Assembly (NCBI GenBank): GCA_947628675.1
Contig: CANRAR010000003.1
Span: forward strand, 11,114-75,113
Direction: 5' to 3'
DNA: 64,000 nt
Source: an uncultured Clostridia bacterium
Lineage (GTDB): Bacteria; Bacillota; Clostridia; Christensenellales; Borkfalkiaceae
A model generated the notes under the pieces. It saw nothing but the letters and a program-made list of their open reading frames with translations. It had not been told where the DNA came from and ran no database searches. Positions 1-7,726 of this stretch are shown in pieces. The translations under genes and the position numbers were made by a program. How positions within the stretch are numbered: position 1 is the first letter of the stretch; each line of letters starts with the position of its first letter.

Positions 1-122
1 TTTCCCGCCTTATAGTCGGAAATGCATTGCTTGGATACGCCCACCGCGCGCGCCAACTCCGTCTGTTTGATTTCCGCATAGCGCAAGCATTCCGTAAACC
101 GTAGCTGAAATTTCGTCCCCAT
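1..122 (-). CDS. XRE-family helix-turn-helix regulator, N-terminal part only (gene runs off the window start)
   Basis: Own reverse-strand translation from ATG (122-120): MGTKFQLRFTECLRYAEIKQTELARAVGVSKQCISDYKAG, a Cro/C1-type HTH. Absent from the ORF track because it has no stop inside the window. Confidence 0.6.
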   Translation of the reverse strand, partial: MGTKFQLRFTECLRYAEIKQTELARAVGVSKQCISDYKAG

Positions 123-154
123 AAAATTATTATAGGAAAAAAGTACGTTTATAC

Positions 155-184
155 TTGACAAGTACGTTAATAACGTACTATAAT
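155..184 (+). promoter_or_regulatory. Sigma-A-type promoter (TTGACA 155-160, TATAAT 179-184, 18-nt spacer) with a perfect palindromic operator GTACGTTAATAACGTAC (162-178) in the spacer; extra half-site GTACGTT at 143-149
   Basis: Hexamers and inverted repeat read directly. Lies between the divergent XRE gene and the glycosyltransferase-plsY operon. Confidence 0.5.
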
Positions 185-225
185 CAGCGTAAGCGCACCG
201 AATTTTTTTAAGGCGGTTTTTACAA

Positions 226-1386
226 ATGAAATTTTTGATCTTGAGTTGCGGCACGGGGGAAGGGCATAACAGTGCCGCAAAGGCGATTAGAAATTATCTC
301 ATAGGGAAAGGGGAAACCGCAGAGATTCTCGATGTGCTGTCGTTCAAGAGCGAACGGAGCAGAAAGCGCGTCACGGGCGCCTACGGAACGGTCATAAGAA
401 AAACGCCGTGGCTGTTCGGTCTCGTATACCGTTTGGGCGCCGTTTATGATAGGCTCAAACTTCCGTCGCCGATTTTTCGCTACAACGCCGGCTATGCCGA
501 CCGCATCTATTGGTATGTCAGGGAAAATGCGATCGATGCCGTCATATGTACGCACCTTTTTTCCATGGAGGCGATGACGGCGATCCGCAAAAAATATGCC
601 GAAAAAATTCCGAGTTACGGCGTTTTGACCGATTACACGGAAGTCCCGTTTTATAAGGATACGCAGCTCGACGGTTATTTTGTGCCGACGGGCGAGGTGC
701 GTGGCCAGCTGATCAAGCGGGGGATCGGGGCAGAAAAGATCCATGTAACGGGGATCCCCGTCGGTGAGAAATTCGGGCAAAAAACCGAACAAGGAAGGGC
801 GCGGGAGATCATAGATATTCCCCCCGGCAAAAAAGTTATCGCCGTCATGACGGGTGGCGCCGGTTGCGGGAAGATAGCAACGCTGTGTAAAAAACTCGAT
901 AAGTTGACCGACGGGCGCCATGCGATCTTTATTTTTACGGGCAACAATATGAAGCTCAAACAAAAGCTCGAAGTGCGCTACGGCGGCGAAAAATTCCGCA
1001 TTTTGCCGTTTACGCCGTATATGCATCTCTATCTGAAAGCTGCCGATGTCGTTTTGTCCAAGGCGGGCGGACTTTCCTTAACGGAGGTCGCCGTATGCCG
1101 TGTGCCTCTCGTGCTTATGAAGTCCATTCCGGGCGTAGAATCCGCAAACGTAAAATATTTTGTCGGCAACGGGCTCGCACTTCATTCCGGTTTCGCCAAA
1201 GGAGCCGCAAAATCGGCAATGGAATTGCTGAAAGACGCGCAGCTTGCGGACTCCGTAAGAAGGGCGCAATCGGAAGCCGTCCACCCGAATGCGGCGGCGG
1301 ATCTGGCGGAAATCATTTTGAAGGAGATCACAAATGACGATCCTGTATTGGAGCGCGGCGATCGCGGGCGGGTTTCTGTCCGGTAG
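226..1386 (+). CDS. GT28-family diacylglycerol glycosyltransferase (UgtP / MGDG-synthase-like)
   Basis: 386-aa ORF. ILSCGTGEGHNSAAKAI near the N-terminus and SKAGGLSLTEVAVCRVPLV...PGVESANVKYF near the C-terminus match B. subtilis UgtP as I recall it. The 3' end overlaps the plsY start by 53 nt. Confidence 0.75.
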   Translation: MKFLILSCGTGEGHNSAAKAIRNYLIGKGETAEILDVLSFKSERSRKRVTGAYGTVIRKTPWLFGLVYRLGAVYDRLKLPSPIFRYNAGYADRIYWYVRENAIDAVICTHLFSMEAMTAIRKKYAEKIPSYGVLTDYTEVPFYKDTQLDGYFVPTGEVRGQLIKRGIGAEKIHVTGIPVGEKFGQKTEQGRAREIIDIPPGKKVIAVMTGGAGCGKIATLCKKLDKLTDGRHAIFIFTGNNMKLKQKLEVRYGGEKFRILPFTPYMHLYLKAADVVLSKAGGLSLTEVAVCRVPLVLMKSIPGVESANVKYFVGNGLALHSGFAKGAAKSAMELLKDAQLADSVRRAQSEAVHPNAAADLAEIILKEITNDDPVLERGDRGRVSVR

Positions 1387-1936
1387 CGTGATGTATAGCG
1401 AAATTCTGCCCAAAATTTTTGCGCATAAGGATATTTGCAGGTCGAGCGACGACTGCAATCCGGGTGCGTTCAACGTATTTTCTCAATGCGGGGCGAAGTT
1501 GGGAACGGTATGTTTGTTGCTCGATTTGGCAAAGGGGCTTGTTCCCGTCTTGCTTGCCGCACTGTTTTTAAGCGTCGATAGTTTGGCTTTCGTATTTGTC
1601 ATGCTGGCTCCCGTCTGCGGCCATGCAGTCGGAATATTCAACCGTTTCCGCGGCGGAAAATGTATCTCCTGCGCGTTCGGCGTCATGCTCGGCGTTACCC
1701 CCGTCACCCGTATCGTTTTTGTATTGGCGGCGCTCTACATCCTGTTCTCCGTTCCGCTCAAAATACGGTCGCATACGGTGAGGACCGTCGCCGTATTCGG
1801 CCTTTTTGCACTGTTCTCGGCGGTCATTCTTTGCTTGCGGGAACTCCTCTGCGTCGCCATAGGCTGTGCGGCAGTCTCCGCTCTCGTCATCTTCAAACAT
1901 CTTCCTTTTTTCGGAACACGCGGGAAAAGCGGATAA
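1334..1936 (+). CDS. plsY: Glycerol-3-phosphate acyltransferase PlsY
   Basis: 200-aa polytopic membrane ORF with NPGAFNVF (cf. NPGATN) and DLAKG motifs typical of PlsY. Confidence 0.8.
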   Translation: MTILYWSAAIAGGFLSGSVMYSEILPKIFAHKDICRSSDDCNPGAFNVFSQCGAKLGTVCLLLDLAKGLVPVLLAALFLSVDSLAFVFVMLAPVCGHAVGIFNRFRGGKCISCAFGVMLGVTPVTRIVFVLAALYILFSVPLKIRSHTVRTVAVFGLFALFSAVILCLRELLCVAIGCAAVSALVIFKHLPFFGTRGKSG

Positions 1937-1987
1937 ACAATCGCGTATGAAAAAATGCCCCGTCCGCGGGGCATTTTCAGATAGCGT

Positions 1988-3400
1988 TTATACAGTTTCC
2001 AAATTGATGAGCGAGGAATTTCCGCTCTTGCCGTTGGGGGTGCCGCCCGTGATGACGATGACGTCGCCCTGCTGCACGAGCCCGCTTTCGACTGCGGCGC
2101 GCTTTGCAAAGTGGAACAAAACGTCCACCGAGAAGTATTCCTCGGAGAGGACGGGCAGAACGCCCCAAGAGAGGGCGAGTTTTCTATAACTCTTCTCGTC
2201 CGTCGTCATGCCGATGATGTCGATGTTGGGGCGGAAGCGGGAGACCATCTTGGCTGTCCCGCCCGTGCGGGTGCAGACGACGATGGCCTTCGCCTTCACA
2301 TCGTGGGCGAGGAGGCAAGCCGAGTGCGAGAGGGCGTCCGAGAGCCCGCGGATGAGGTATTCCTTGTCCTCGACGTATTGGATGTACTCCGTCTTGTTCT
2401 CCGCCTGCTCGGCGATGCGCGCCATGGCGGCAACGGCCTGCACGGGGTATTCGCCCGCGGCGGTTTCGCCCGAAAGCATGATGGCGGAGGAACCGTCGTA
2501 CACAGCATTGGCAACATCGGAAATTTCCGCACGGGTGGGGCGGGGCTGGTGGATCATGCTCTCCAGCATCTCCGTCGCCGTGATGCACCGCTTGCCCGCC
2601 TTACGGCAGGCGGTGATGATGGTCTTTTGAATATCGGGCAACTCCTCATAGGGAATTTCCACGCCCATGTCGCCGCGGCCGATCATGATGCCGTCGGAGA
2701 CCTTCAGAATCTCATCGAGATTGTTCACGCCCGCGCGGTTCTCGATCTTTGCGATGAGGTCGATGTCCGTACAGCCGTTCTCTTTGAGGAAATTTCTTAC
2801 GTCCAGAACGTCCTGCGCCTTGGAGACGAAGGAGCAAGCCACAAAATCCACGCCGTGCTGAATACCGAAGAGGAGGTCGGCCTTGTCCTGCTCGGAGAGA
2901 TAGATAAGGTCGAGTTGCTTCTCGGGGAAGAACATGGACTTGCGGTTGGAGAGTTCGCCGCCGATAACGACTTTGCAGATGACGTCGGGCGCCTTGACTT
3001 CCACAACTTCAAACACCATGAGCCCGTTGTTGAGAAGAATTTTGTCCCCGGGGTTCATGTCGTTGCAGATATTTTTGTAGGAGACGGAGACGCGGTGCTC
3101 GTCGCCCTCTATTTCGTGCGTCGTGAACGCGAAGGTGTCGCCCTCTTTCAGGAACACCTTGCCCTCTTTGAAGGTGCGGATGCGGAACTCGGGGCCCTTC
3201 GTGTCGAGCAGAATGGGCAGCGGGATGTTCTTCTCCGCGCGGACTTTTTTGATGGCGGCGATCTTCTTCGCGTGGTCCTCATGGGTGCCGTGCGAGAAGT
3301 TGATGCGCGCAACGTTCATGCCCGCGTCCGCCATGGCGGCGATGATCTCCTCCGTTTCGGAAGAGGGGCCGAGCGTACATACGATCTTTGTCTTTTTCAT
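1988..3400 (-). CDS. pyk: Pyruvate kinase
   Basis: MKKTKIVCTLGPSS..., INFSHG and MIGRGDMGVEIP motifs. Start moved to the second ATG (3400), which has a GAGGGGGA RBS 6 nt upstream. Confidence 0.95.
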   Translation of the reverse strand: MKKTKIVCTLGPSSETEEIIAAMADAGMNVARINFSHGTHEDHAKKIAAIKKVRAEKNIPLPILLDTKGPEFRIRTFKEGKVFLKEGDTFAFTTHEIEGDEHRVSVSYKNICNDMNPGDKILLNNGLMVFEVVEVKAPDVICKVVIGGELSNRKSMFFPEKQLDLIYLSEQDKADLLFGIQHGVDFVACSFVSKAQDVLDVRNFLKENGCTDIDLIAKIENRAGVNNLDEILKVSDGIMIGRGDMGVEIPYEELPDIQKTIITACRKAGKRCITATEMLESMIHQPRPTRAEISDVANAVYDGSSAIMLSGETAAGEYPVQAVAAMARIAEQAENKTEYIQYVEDKEYLIRGLSDALSHSACLLAHDVKAKAIVVCTRTGGTAKMVSRFRPNIDIIGMTTDEKSYRKLALSWGVLPVLSEEYFSVDVLFHFAKRAAVESGLVQQGDVIVITGGTPNGKSGNSSLINLETV

Positions 3401-3495
3401 AACCATTCCCCCTCGGAAAAAATTCCGCCTTTATTTTATCATATCCGTGCCAAAAAACAAGTACTTTTTCAAATTTTGTGGTATAATAATTGCGA

Positions 3496-3963
3496 TCCGA
3501 GCGGACTACGCGGTCGCGGCGCGCTATACGCGCGATGAGGAAAGTCCGGGCATCGCAGGGCAGGACGCCTGATAACGTCAGGTGGGGGCGACCCTAAGGA
3601 AAGTGCAACAGAAATAGACCGCCTTGTATCCTCTTTCGCCTTTAAGGGCTCCCGAAAAAGATTGCGAAGCAAGATTTTTTGGGAAGAGGAGAAGCAATCG
3701 AACGAAAATTGCTCTTTGCGTGAGCGAAGAGCAGGAAGTGAGATTTGCTTCGACGAGGCAAGGATGGAAAGGCGAGGTAAGAGCTCACCGACGGGACGGT
3801 AACGCCCCGTGCCATGTAAACCCCGTCCGATGCAAGTTTGGGATCTTCTCACATAGGGTTGCCCGCCCGGGGAGATCCGTGAATAACGCTGGAGCCTATC
3901 GGTGACGGTAGGCGTAGATAAATGACCGCGCTCGACAGAACCCGGCTTACAGGTTCGCTCGTA
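3496..3963 (+). ncRNA. rnpB: RNase P RNA, bacterial type A, with expanded P12
   Basis: Conserved blocks: GAGGAAAGTCCGGGC (3537-3551), AGTGCAACAGAAA (3602-3614), GGTAAGAGCTCACC (3776-3789), ACAGAACCCGGCTTAC (3935-3950). P1 pairing 3498-3506 with 3953-3961. Extended -10 TGGTATAAT at 3479-3487. Confidence 0.9.
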
Positions 3964-3965
3964 TC

Positions 3966-4001
3966 CCACGCCCGCCCCGCTTTTTTGCGGGGCGGGCGTG
4001 G
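3966..4001 (+). terminator. GC-rich hairpin just after rnpB (15-bp stem, TTTTTT loop, no U-tail)
   Basis: CCACGCCCGCCCCGC-TTTTTT-GCGGGGCGGGCGTGG read directly. The lack of a 3' T-run makes the terminator role uncertain. Confidence 0.35.
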
Positions 4002-4023
4002 ATATAAGCGGACTTTACGAAGA

Positions 4024-4196
4024 GGGCTCCCAAAAAAGATTGCACAGCAAGATTTTTTGGGAAAGAGGAGCCGCAACGGAGTGCAGTTGCCCTTTGCCTT
4101 TGGGCGAAGGGCTGAAAGCGAAGTTTGCGGCGACGAGGCTTACAGGTTCGCTGTTCCGCATTTTGCGGGGCGGGCGTGGATATAAGCGGACTTTAC
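4024..4196 (+). repeat. Copy of the P12-like dispersed repeat (4024-4139) fused to a second copy of the rnpB 3' end plus hairpin (4138-4196)
   Basis: 4024-4139 runs parallel to rnpB 3646-3759 (GGGCTCCC-A-rich-GATTGC..GCAAGATTTTTTGGG-AAGAGGAG ... CGACGAGGC). 4138-4196 repeats 3945-4018 (GGCTTACAGGTTCGCT ... GCGGGGCGGGCGTGGATATAAGCGGACTTTAC). Confidence 0.75.
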
Positions 4197-4231
4197 TTGT
4201 CAAGGGCGCGGGAATTTGGTATAATCAAAAT

Positions 4232-5074
4232 ATGGAGCAAACATCGGAAAATCAAACCGCGGAGCAAAATGAAATTCGGGCGAAGGCGGAGGAGTGCCTG
4301 CGCAAAAAATTCCATAAGGCGATCTTTTCCAAATTCACGAAGGCCGTCGTCACCTATAAATTGTTGGAGCCCGAAGATAAAATTGCCGTCTGCATTTCGG
4401 GCGGCAAGGATTCCATGCTCATGGCAAAACTCTTCCAAGAGTTGCAGCGCCACCGCAAATTTCCCTTTGAACTAAAATTCCTCGTCATGGATCCCGGGTA
4501 CAGCGCGGAGAACCGCGCCCGCATCGAAAAAAACGCCGCGCTGCTCGGCGTACCGATTTCAATTTTCGAGACGGACATCTTCGCAAGCGTGTACCCCGTG
4601 GAAAAATCGCCGTGCTACCTCTGCGCGCGGATGCGGCGGGGCAATCTCTACGCCAAGGCAAAATCGCTCGGGTGCAACAAAATTGCGCTCGGGCACCACT
4701 TCGACGACGTCATCGAGACCATTTTAATGGGCATTTTGTACGGCGGGCAGGTGCAGACGATGCTGCCCAAAGTGAAGAGCGAAAATTTCGAGGGGATGCA
4801 ACTCATCCGCCCCATGTACCTCATCCGCGAGAAGGACATCATCGCGTGGCGCGACTACAACAAACTGGAATTTTTGCGCTGCGCTTGCAAATTCACCGAC
4901 GGAAGATATGAGGACGGCAAGCGCAAAAAGGTGAAGGAACTCATCGCAAATCTTGCCAAGGACGACCCCGAGATCGAGCAGAATATTTTTCGGAGCGTGG
5001 AGAACGTGAGCCTTTCCATGGTGGTGGAATACAAGGATAAAAACGGCGTTCGCCACCGCTTCGACGAGGAATAG
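4232..5074 (+). CDS. ttcA: PP-loop ATPase, tRNA 2-thiocytidine synthase TtcA family
   Basis: SGGKDS PP-loop, CYLCARMRRG and GHHFDD motifs. Start taken at ATG 4232, in frame within track ORF 3998..5074. The upstream 234 nt is repeat DNA. TGGTATAAT -10 at 4217-4225. Confidence 0.85.
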   Translation: MEQTSENQTAEQNEIRAKAEECLRKKFHKAIFSKFTKAVVTYKLLEPEDKIAVCISGGKDSMLMAKLFQELQRHRKFPFELKFLVMDPGYSAENRARIEKNAALLGVPISIFETDIFASVYPVEKSPCYLCARMRRGNLYAKAKSLGCNKIALGHHFDDVIETILMGILYGGQVQTMLPKVKSENFEGMQLIRPMYLIREKDIIAWRDYNKLEFLRCACKFTDGRYEDGKRKKVKELIANLAKDDPEIEQNIFRSVENVSLSMVVEYKDKNGVRHRFDEE

Positions 5075-5210
5075 GAAAATTCCGAACGGATTTTTGAAGG
5101 AATTTGACGGAAATTTGCGCGGAGTTTTTTGCGAGATTTTCGGGCTTTGACGGAATTTTGGGTGGAATTTTTAAGAAATTTTATCGCGCGGAAAATTGAA
5201 AAAACGGGGG
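5075..5210. repeat. Array of about 8 degenerate GGAAWTTT units spaced 13-17 nt apart
   Basis: GGAAAATTCC, GGATTTTTG, GGAATTTGAC, GGAAATTTGCG, GGAGTTTTTTG, GATTTTCGG, GGAATTTTGG, GGAATTTTTAAG, GGAAAATTG read in series. Confidence 0.5.
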
Positions 5211-5237
5211 ATAAAAAAATAAAATTTTCCACTTAAA

Positions 5238-5308
5238 GCGCCCCGCTGCTCCGCGCGCTGCCGCCGCCCTCGCGGCAGCCGCGCGCGTTGCAGCGGGGCG
5301 CTTTTTTT
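5238..5308 (+). terminator. Long compound GC hairpin followed by T7
   Basis: Outer arms GCGCCCCGCTGC (5238-5249) and GCAGCGGGGCGC (5290-5301), inner arms GCGCGCTGCCGC / GCGGCAGCCGCGCGC, then TTTTTTT. Confidence 0.55.
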
Positions 5309-5424
5309 CACAAGGCGCACTCGCTTCACGCTCTTTTCTCTTTCCACAATGTAATGGTACCACAAATTTTTCGCCCTGTCGGGTGTATATGCCATGTTTT
5401 TTGAAAAAAGTCGGAAATTTTTTT

Positions 5425-5699
5425 AAGATACGCTCGCCCGCGCCCGCCGCGCTCTGCGCGACGGGCGCGGGTTCGGTATGAGGGGAAGGAAGGGGAGAGG
5501 GGGGAGCGGGGAGCGGGAAGGAAGCAAAAGCAACCTCTCATTCGGAGAAAAACTCCGCATATCATAGGTCGCCTTTCCTGAAAGCCATAAGGAAGGCTCC
5601 CATGAGGGGGCGAGAGAGGAAAGCGCGCGGGGAGGGGGTAAGATACGCTCGCCCTGCGCCCGCGGCAAATGCCGCGGGCGTAGGGCTCGGTATGAGGGG
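5425..5699. repeat. Cluster of short dispersed repeats: R1 (AAGATACGCTCGCC...CGGTATGAGGGG) at 5425-5485 and 5640-5699; R2 (CTCCGCATATCATAGGTCGCCTTTCCYGAAAGCCATAAGGAAGGCTCCC) at 5553-5605
   Basis: The same sequences recur elsewhere in the window (R1: 6743, 11051, 40368, 42496; R2: 43309-43360). Confidence 0.75.
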
Positions 5700-6013
5700 C
5701 GGGGCGGAATGGCGCGGGCGATAAATTTTGCGGAAAATCTTGTAAAATTTGTGCAGCTGAATTCGGCAAACAATGTCCACCAAAAATAGAGATTTTTTAT
5801 AACTGTGTCGGAGCAATACTCGATTCGTTAAGCAAAAGAGAAGCCTGAAATGAAACATAACAAAAGGCCGTTCATCGAAAGCGAGAGGATTTATTTTATA
5901 TATGCGAGGTTCGGAAAATGAAATCTAATTTGGTAAAATGACGCAAACCTCTTTGATATCGGGAAAAAATGTGATATAATAAAATAGATCGGTAATAGAA
6001 TCGAGGTATTCAA

Positions 6014-6346
6014 ATGCGCTTTTTGGGTAACAAAACCAGAATGTTAAGCAATATTCAGTCGGTAATAGAAGAGAATAATAGCATAAATCTTGATGTGCCT
6101 AACAATATTGTAGCACTATGCCCGAATTGCCATTGTCAAATTCATTTAGGAAGTCGCCAAGCAAGATTGAAAATTTTAAGTGAATTGTATGTAAGGAATA
6201 AAGCGAAATTGCTCGCATTGAATCCTGGCTTAACATTGTCTGTTTTAGCCGCGTATTACAATATTGGGTTGGGGGAGGAAGAAGAACGGGATTGGTTGAA
6301 ACGAGCAGAAAAAATCGTGTCCGAAAAGAAGTATTTTCACGGCTAA
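6014..6346 (+). pseudogene. Remnant ORF joining a DNA-methyltransferase-like N-terminus to the C-terminal half of an HNH nuclease motif
   Basis: MRFLGNKTRMLSNI resembles adenine-methylase N-termini. NNIVALCPNCHCQIHLG is the distal half of an HNH motif, and the proximal catalytic His block is missing. Lies in an AT-rich patch (~5780-6450). Confidence 0.4.
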
Positions 6347-6573
6347 AAGTATGAATCGAAATGAAATACAAAATAGAGATATAGAGAAATTCAACGGTAA
6401 AAAAACAGGATTGAATTTGAAAAACAAATAGATGAAAGGGATGAAAGCATTTGTTGCGCCGCCGCGGCTCATAGAGCCGCGGCGGCGCGTAGTATGTGGG
6501 GGGCAAGATGAGCGGCGCGGCGGTGTCCGCGCCGCGGGGCATTGGTAGAAACAGGAGAGAACCCCCTACCCTA

Positions 6574-6659
6574 CCCTCCCCCCTTAAAAAGGGGGGAGGC
6601 AAGAGAGGGCGATTGCCCCTCCCCCCTTAAAAAGGGGGGAGGCAAGAGAGGGCGATTGC
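6574..6659. repeat. Perfect tandem duplication, 2 x 43 nt
   Basis: CCCTCCCCCCTTAAAAAGGGGGGAGGCAAGAGAGGGCGATTGC occurs twice back to back (6574-6616, 6617-6659). Each unit contains the hairpin CCCCCCTT-AAAAA-GGGGGG. Confidence 0.9.
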
Positions 6660-6677
6660 CGCGGTGGCGTTTGGATG

Positions 6678-7544
6678 TTATGCGGCGGGAGTGTTCTCGT
6701 CCGAGGTGGGCTCCTCCGCTTGAGAGAGGGGTTCGGCGGGGGAAGATACACTCGCCCCCTTCGTGGCATACTTCGTCGCTTCGCTCCTCGTGCCGTCCTT
6801 AGTCGAAAATGGTGCGGACGGGGCGGTATGAGGGGCTGTGAGATTCTGCGCGGCGGGCTCCTGCGTTGCGGCGGGCTTCTTCGCGCCAACAAGTTTGAGG
6901 GCGGGGATCATGAGGCCGCCCAGGGAGTTCCCCAAGATGACGAGCCAAATGAAGAGGAGCGCTTCGCCCGAGGCGATGCCCGAGGCCGCGAAGTAGAACA
7001 TATCGGCGATGGAGTGCTCGTAGCCGCTCAAAATGAAGGCGGGTATGCAGAACACCACGCCGAGCGGCGTTTTATGGTTGCGGTAGATGTCAACGGCGAG
7101 AAAGACGAGAATGCCGCAGAAGAACGCCCTGACGAGCGTCTGCCACCATTCCTGCGATTGCAGTTTGCCGTCACAGAGCGCAAACGCCGCGTCCTTCAGC
7201 GAGGGGACGGCGGCGGCGAGCAGGTACCCACACGCCACGGTGCCGATGAAGTTCCCGAGGAGCCCCAACAGCATGACGGAGATGTCCTCTTTGGAGTGTT
7301 TTTCGAGCACATAGCCGATTTTGCCCGTGTACAGGGAGAAACCCTTGATGCAGATGCATAGCAGCGCCGTGCAGAAGAACACCGCGCCCACGTATTTGCC
7401 GATGGGGGGCATCTCGCCATAGCAGGCGAGGAACACCGCCCCGCCGATGGAGATGAGCGCACCCGCGAGGAAGCCGTCGATGATCTTTTTGAGAATGTCG
7501 AGCACGGTTGCCTGCGCGCCGCCCTTTGTTTGCCGCTCTTTCAT
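6678..7544 (-). CDS. Formate/nitrite transporter (FNT) family membrane protein
   Basis: GYEHSIADMFY (FNT signature-like) and six hydrophobic segments. Start at ATG 7544 (MKERQTKGG) with RBS AAAGGAG. The track ORF extends further upstream into repeat element A. The last ~65 codons run through repeat DNA. Confidence 0.85.
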   Translation of the reverse strand: MKERQTKGGAQATVLDILKKIIDGFLAGALISIGGAVFLACYGEMPPIGKYVGAVFFCTALLCICIKGFSLYTGKIGYVLEKHSKEDISVMLLGLLGNFIGTVACGYLLAAAVPSLKDAAFALCDGKLQSQEWWQTLVRAFFCGILVFLAVDIYRNHKTPLGVVFCIPAFILSGYEHSIADMFYFAASGIASGEALLFIWLVILGNSLGGLMIPALKLVGAKKPAATQEPAAQNLTAPHTAPSAPFSTKDGTRSEATKYATKGASVSSPAEPLSQAEEPTSDENTPAA

Positions 7545-7592
7545 GGTTTTGCTCCTTTTTTCGCCGTTTTTCGTCGGATTTTTCCGCTGAAA

Positions 7593-7621
7593 ATTATAGC
7601 ACAACGGCGGGCGGCTGTCAA
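7593..7621 (-). promoter_or_regulatory. Consensus sigma-A promoter for the FNT gene (TTGACA-17-TATAAT on the reverse strand)
   Basis: Plus-strand ATTATA 7593-7598 and TGTCAA 7616-7621 with a 17-nt spacer. Confidence 0.55.
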
Positions 7622-7726
7622 AGGAAATTTTGGGGATAAATGGGGGCGGGCGCCGTGGCGAGGAGGCAGGTCGAAGATGAGGCGTGGCGGTTGGTTCATG
7701 CGTTTGGATTGATGTGGATGGGCGCG

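Noticed and set aside
2111-3538. 475-aa ORF antisense to pyruvate kinase.
   Set aside because: It lies fully opposite a well-supported pyk gene. Its sequence is Arg/Gly/Ala/Val/Asp-rich low complexity, typical of antisense frames in high-GC genes, and it has no recognisable motif.
3998-4231. N-terminal extensions of track ORFs into non-coding DNA: 3998-4231 (ttcA), 7545-7889 (FNT), 26175-26474 (asnB), 41543-41716 (ispDF), 57182-57451 (helD), 10895-11146 (helicase) and 31412-31747 (dut).
   Set aside because: The extensions translate repeat elements, the T-box leader or promoters. Internal ATG/GTG starts with good RBSs coincide with the family-typical N-termini.
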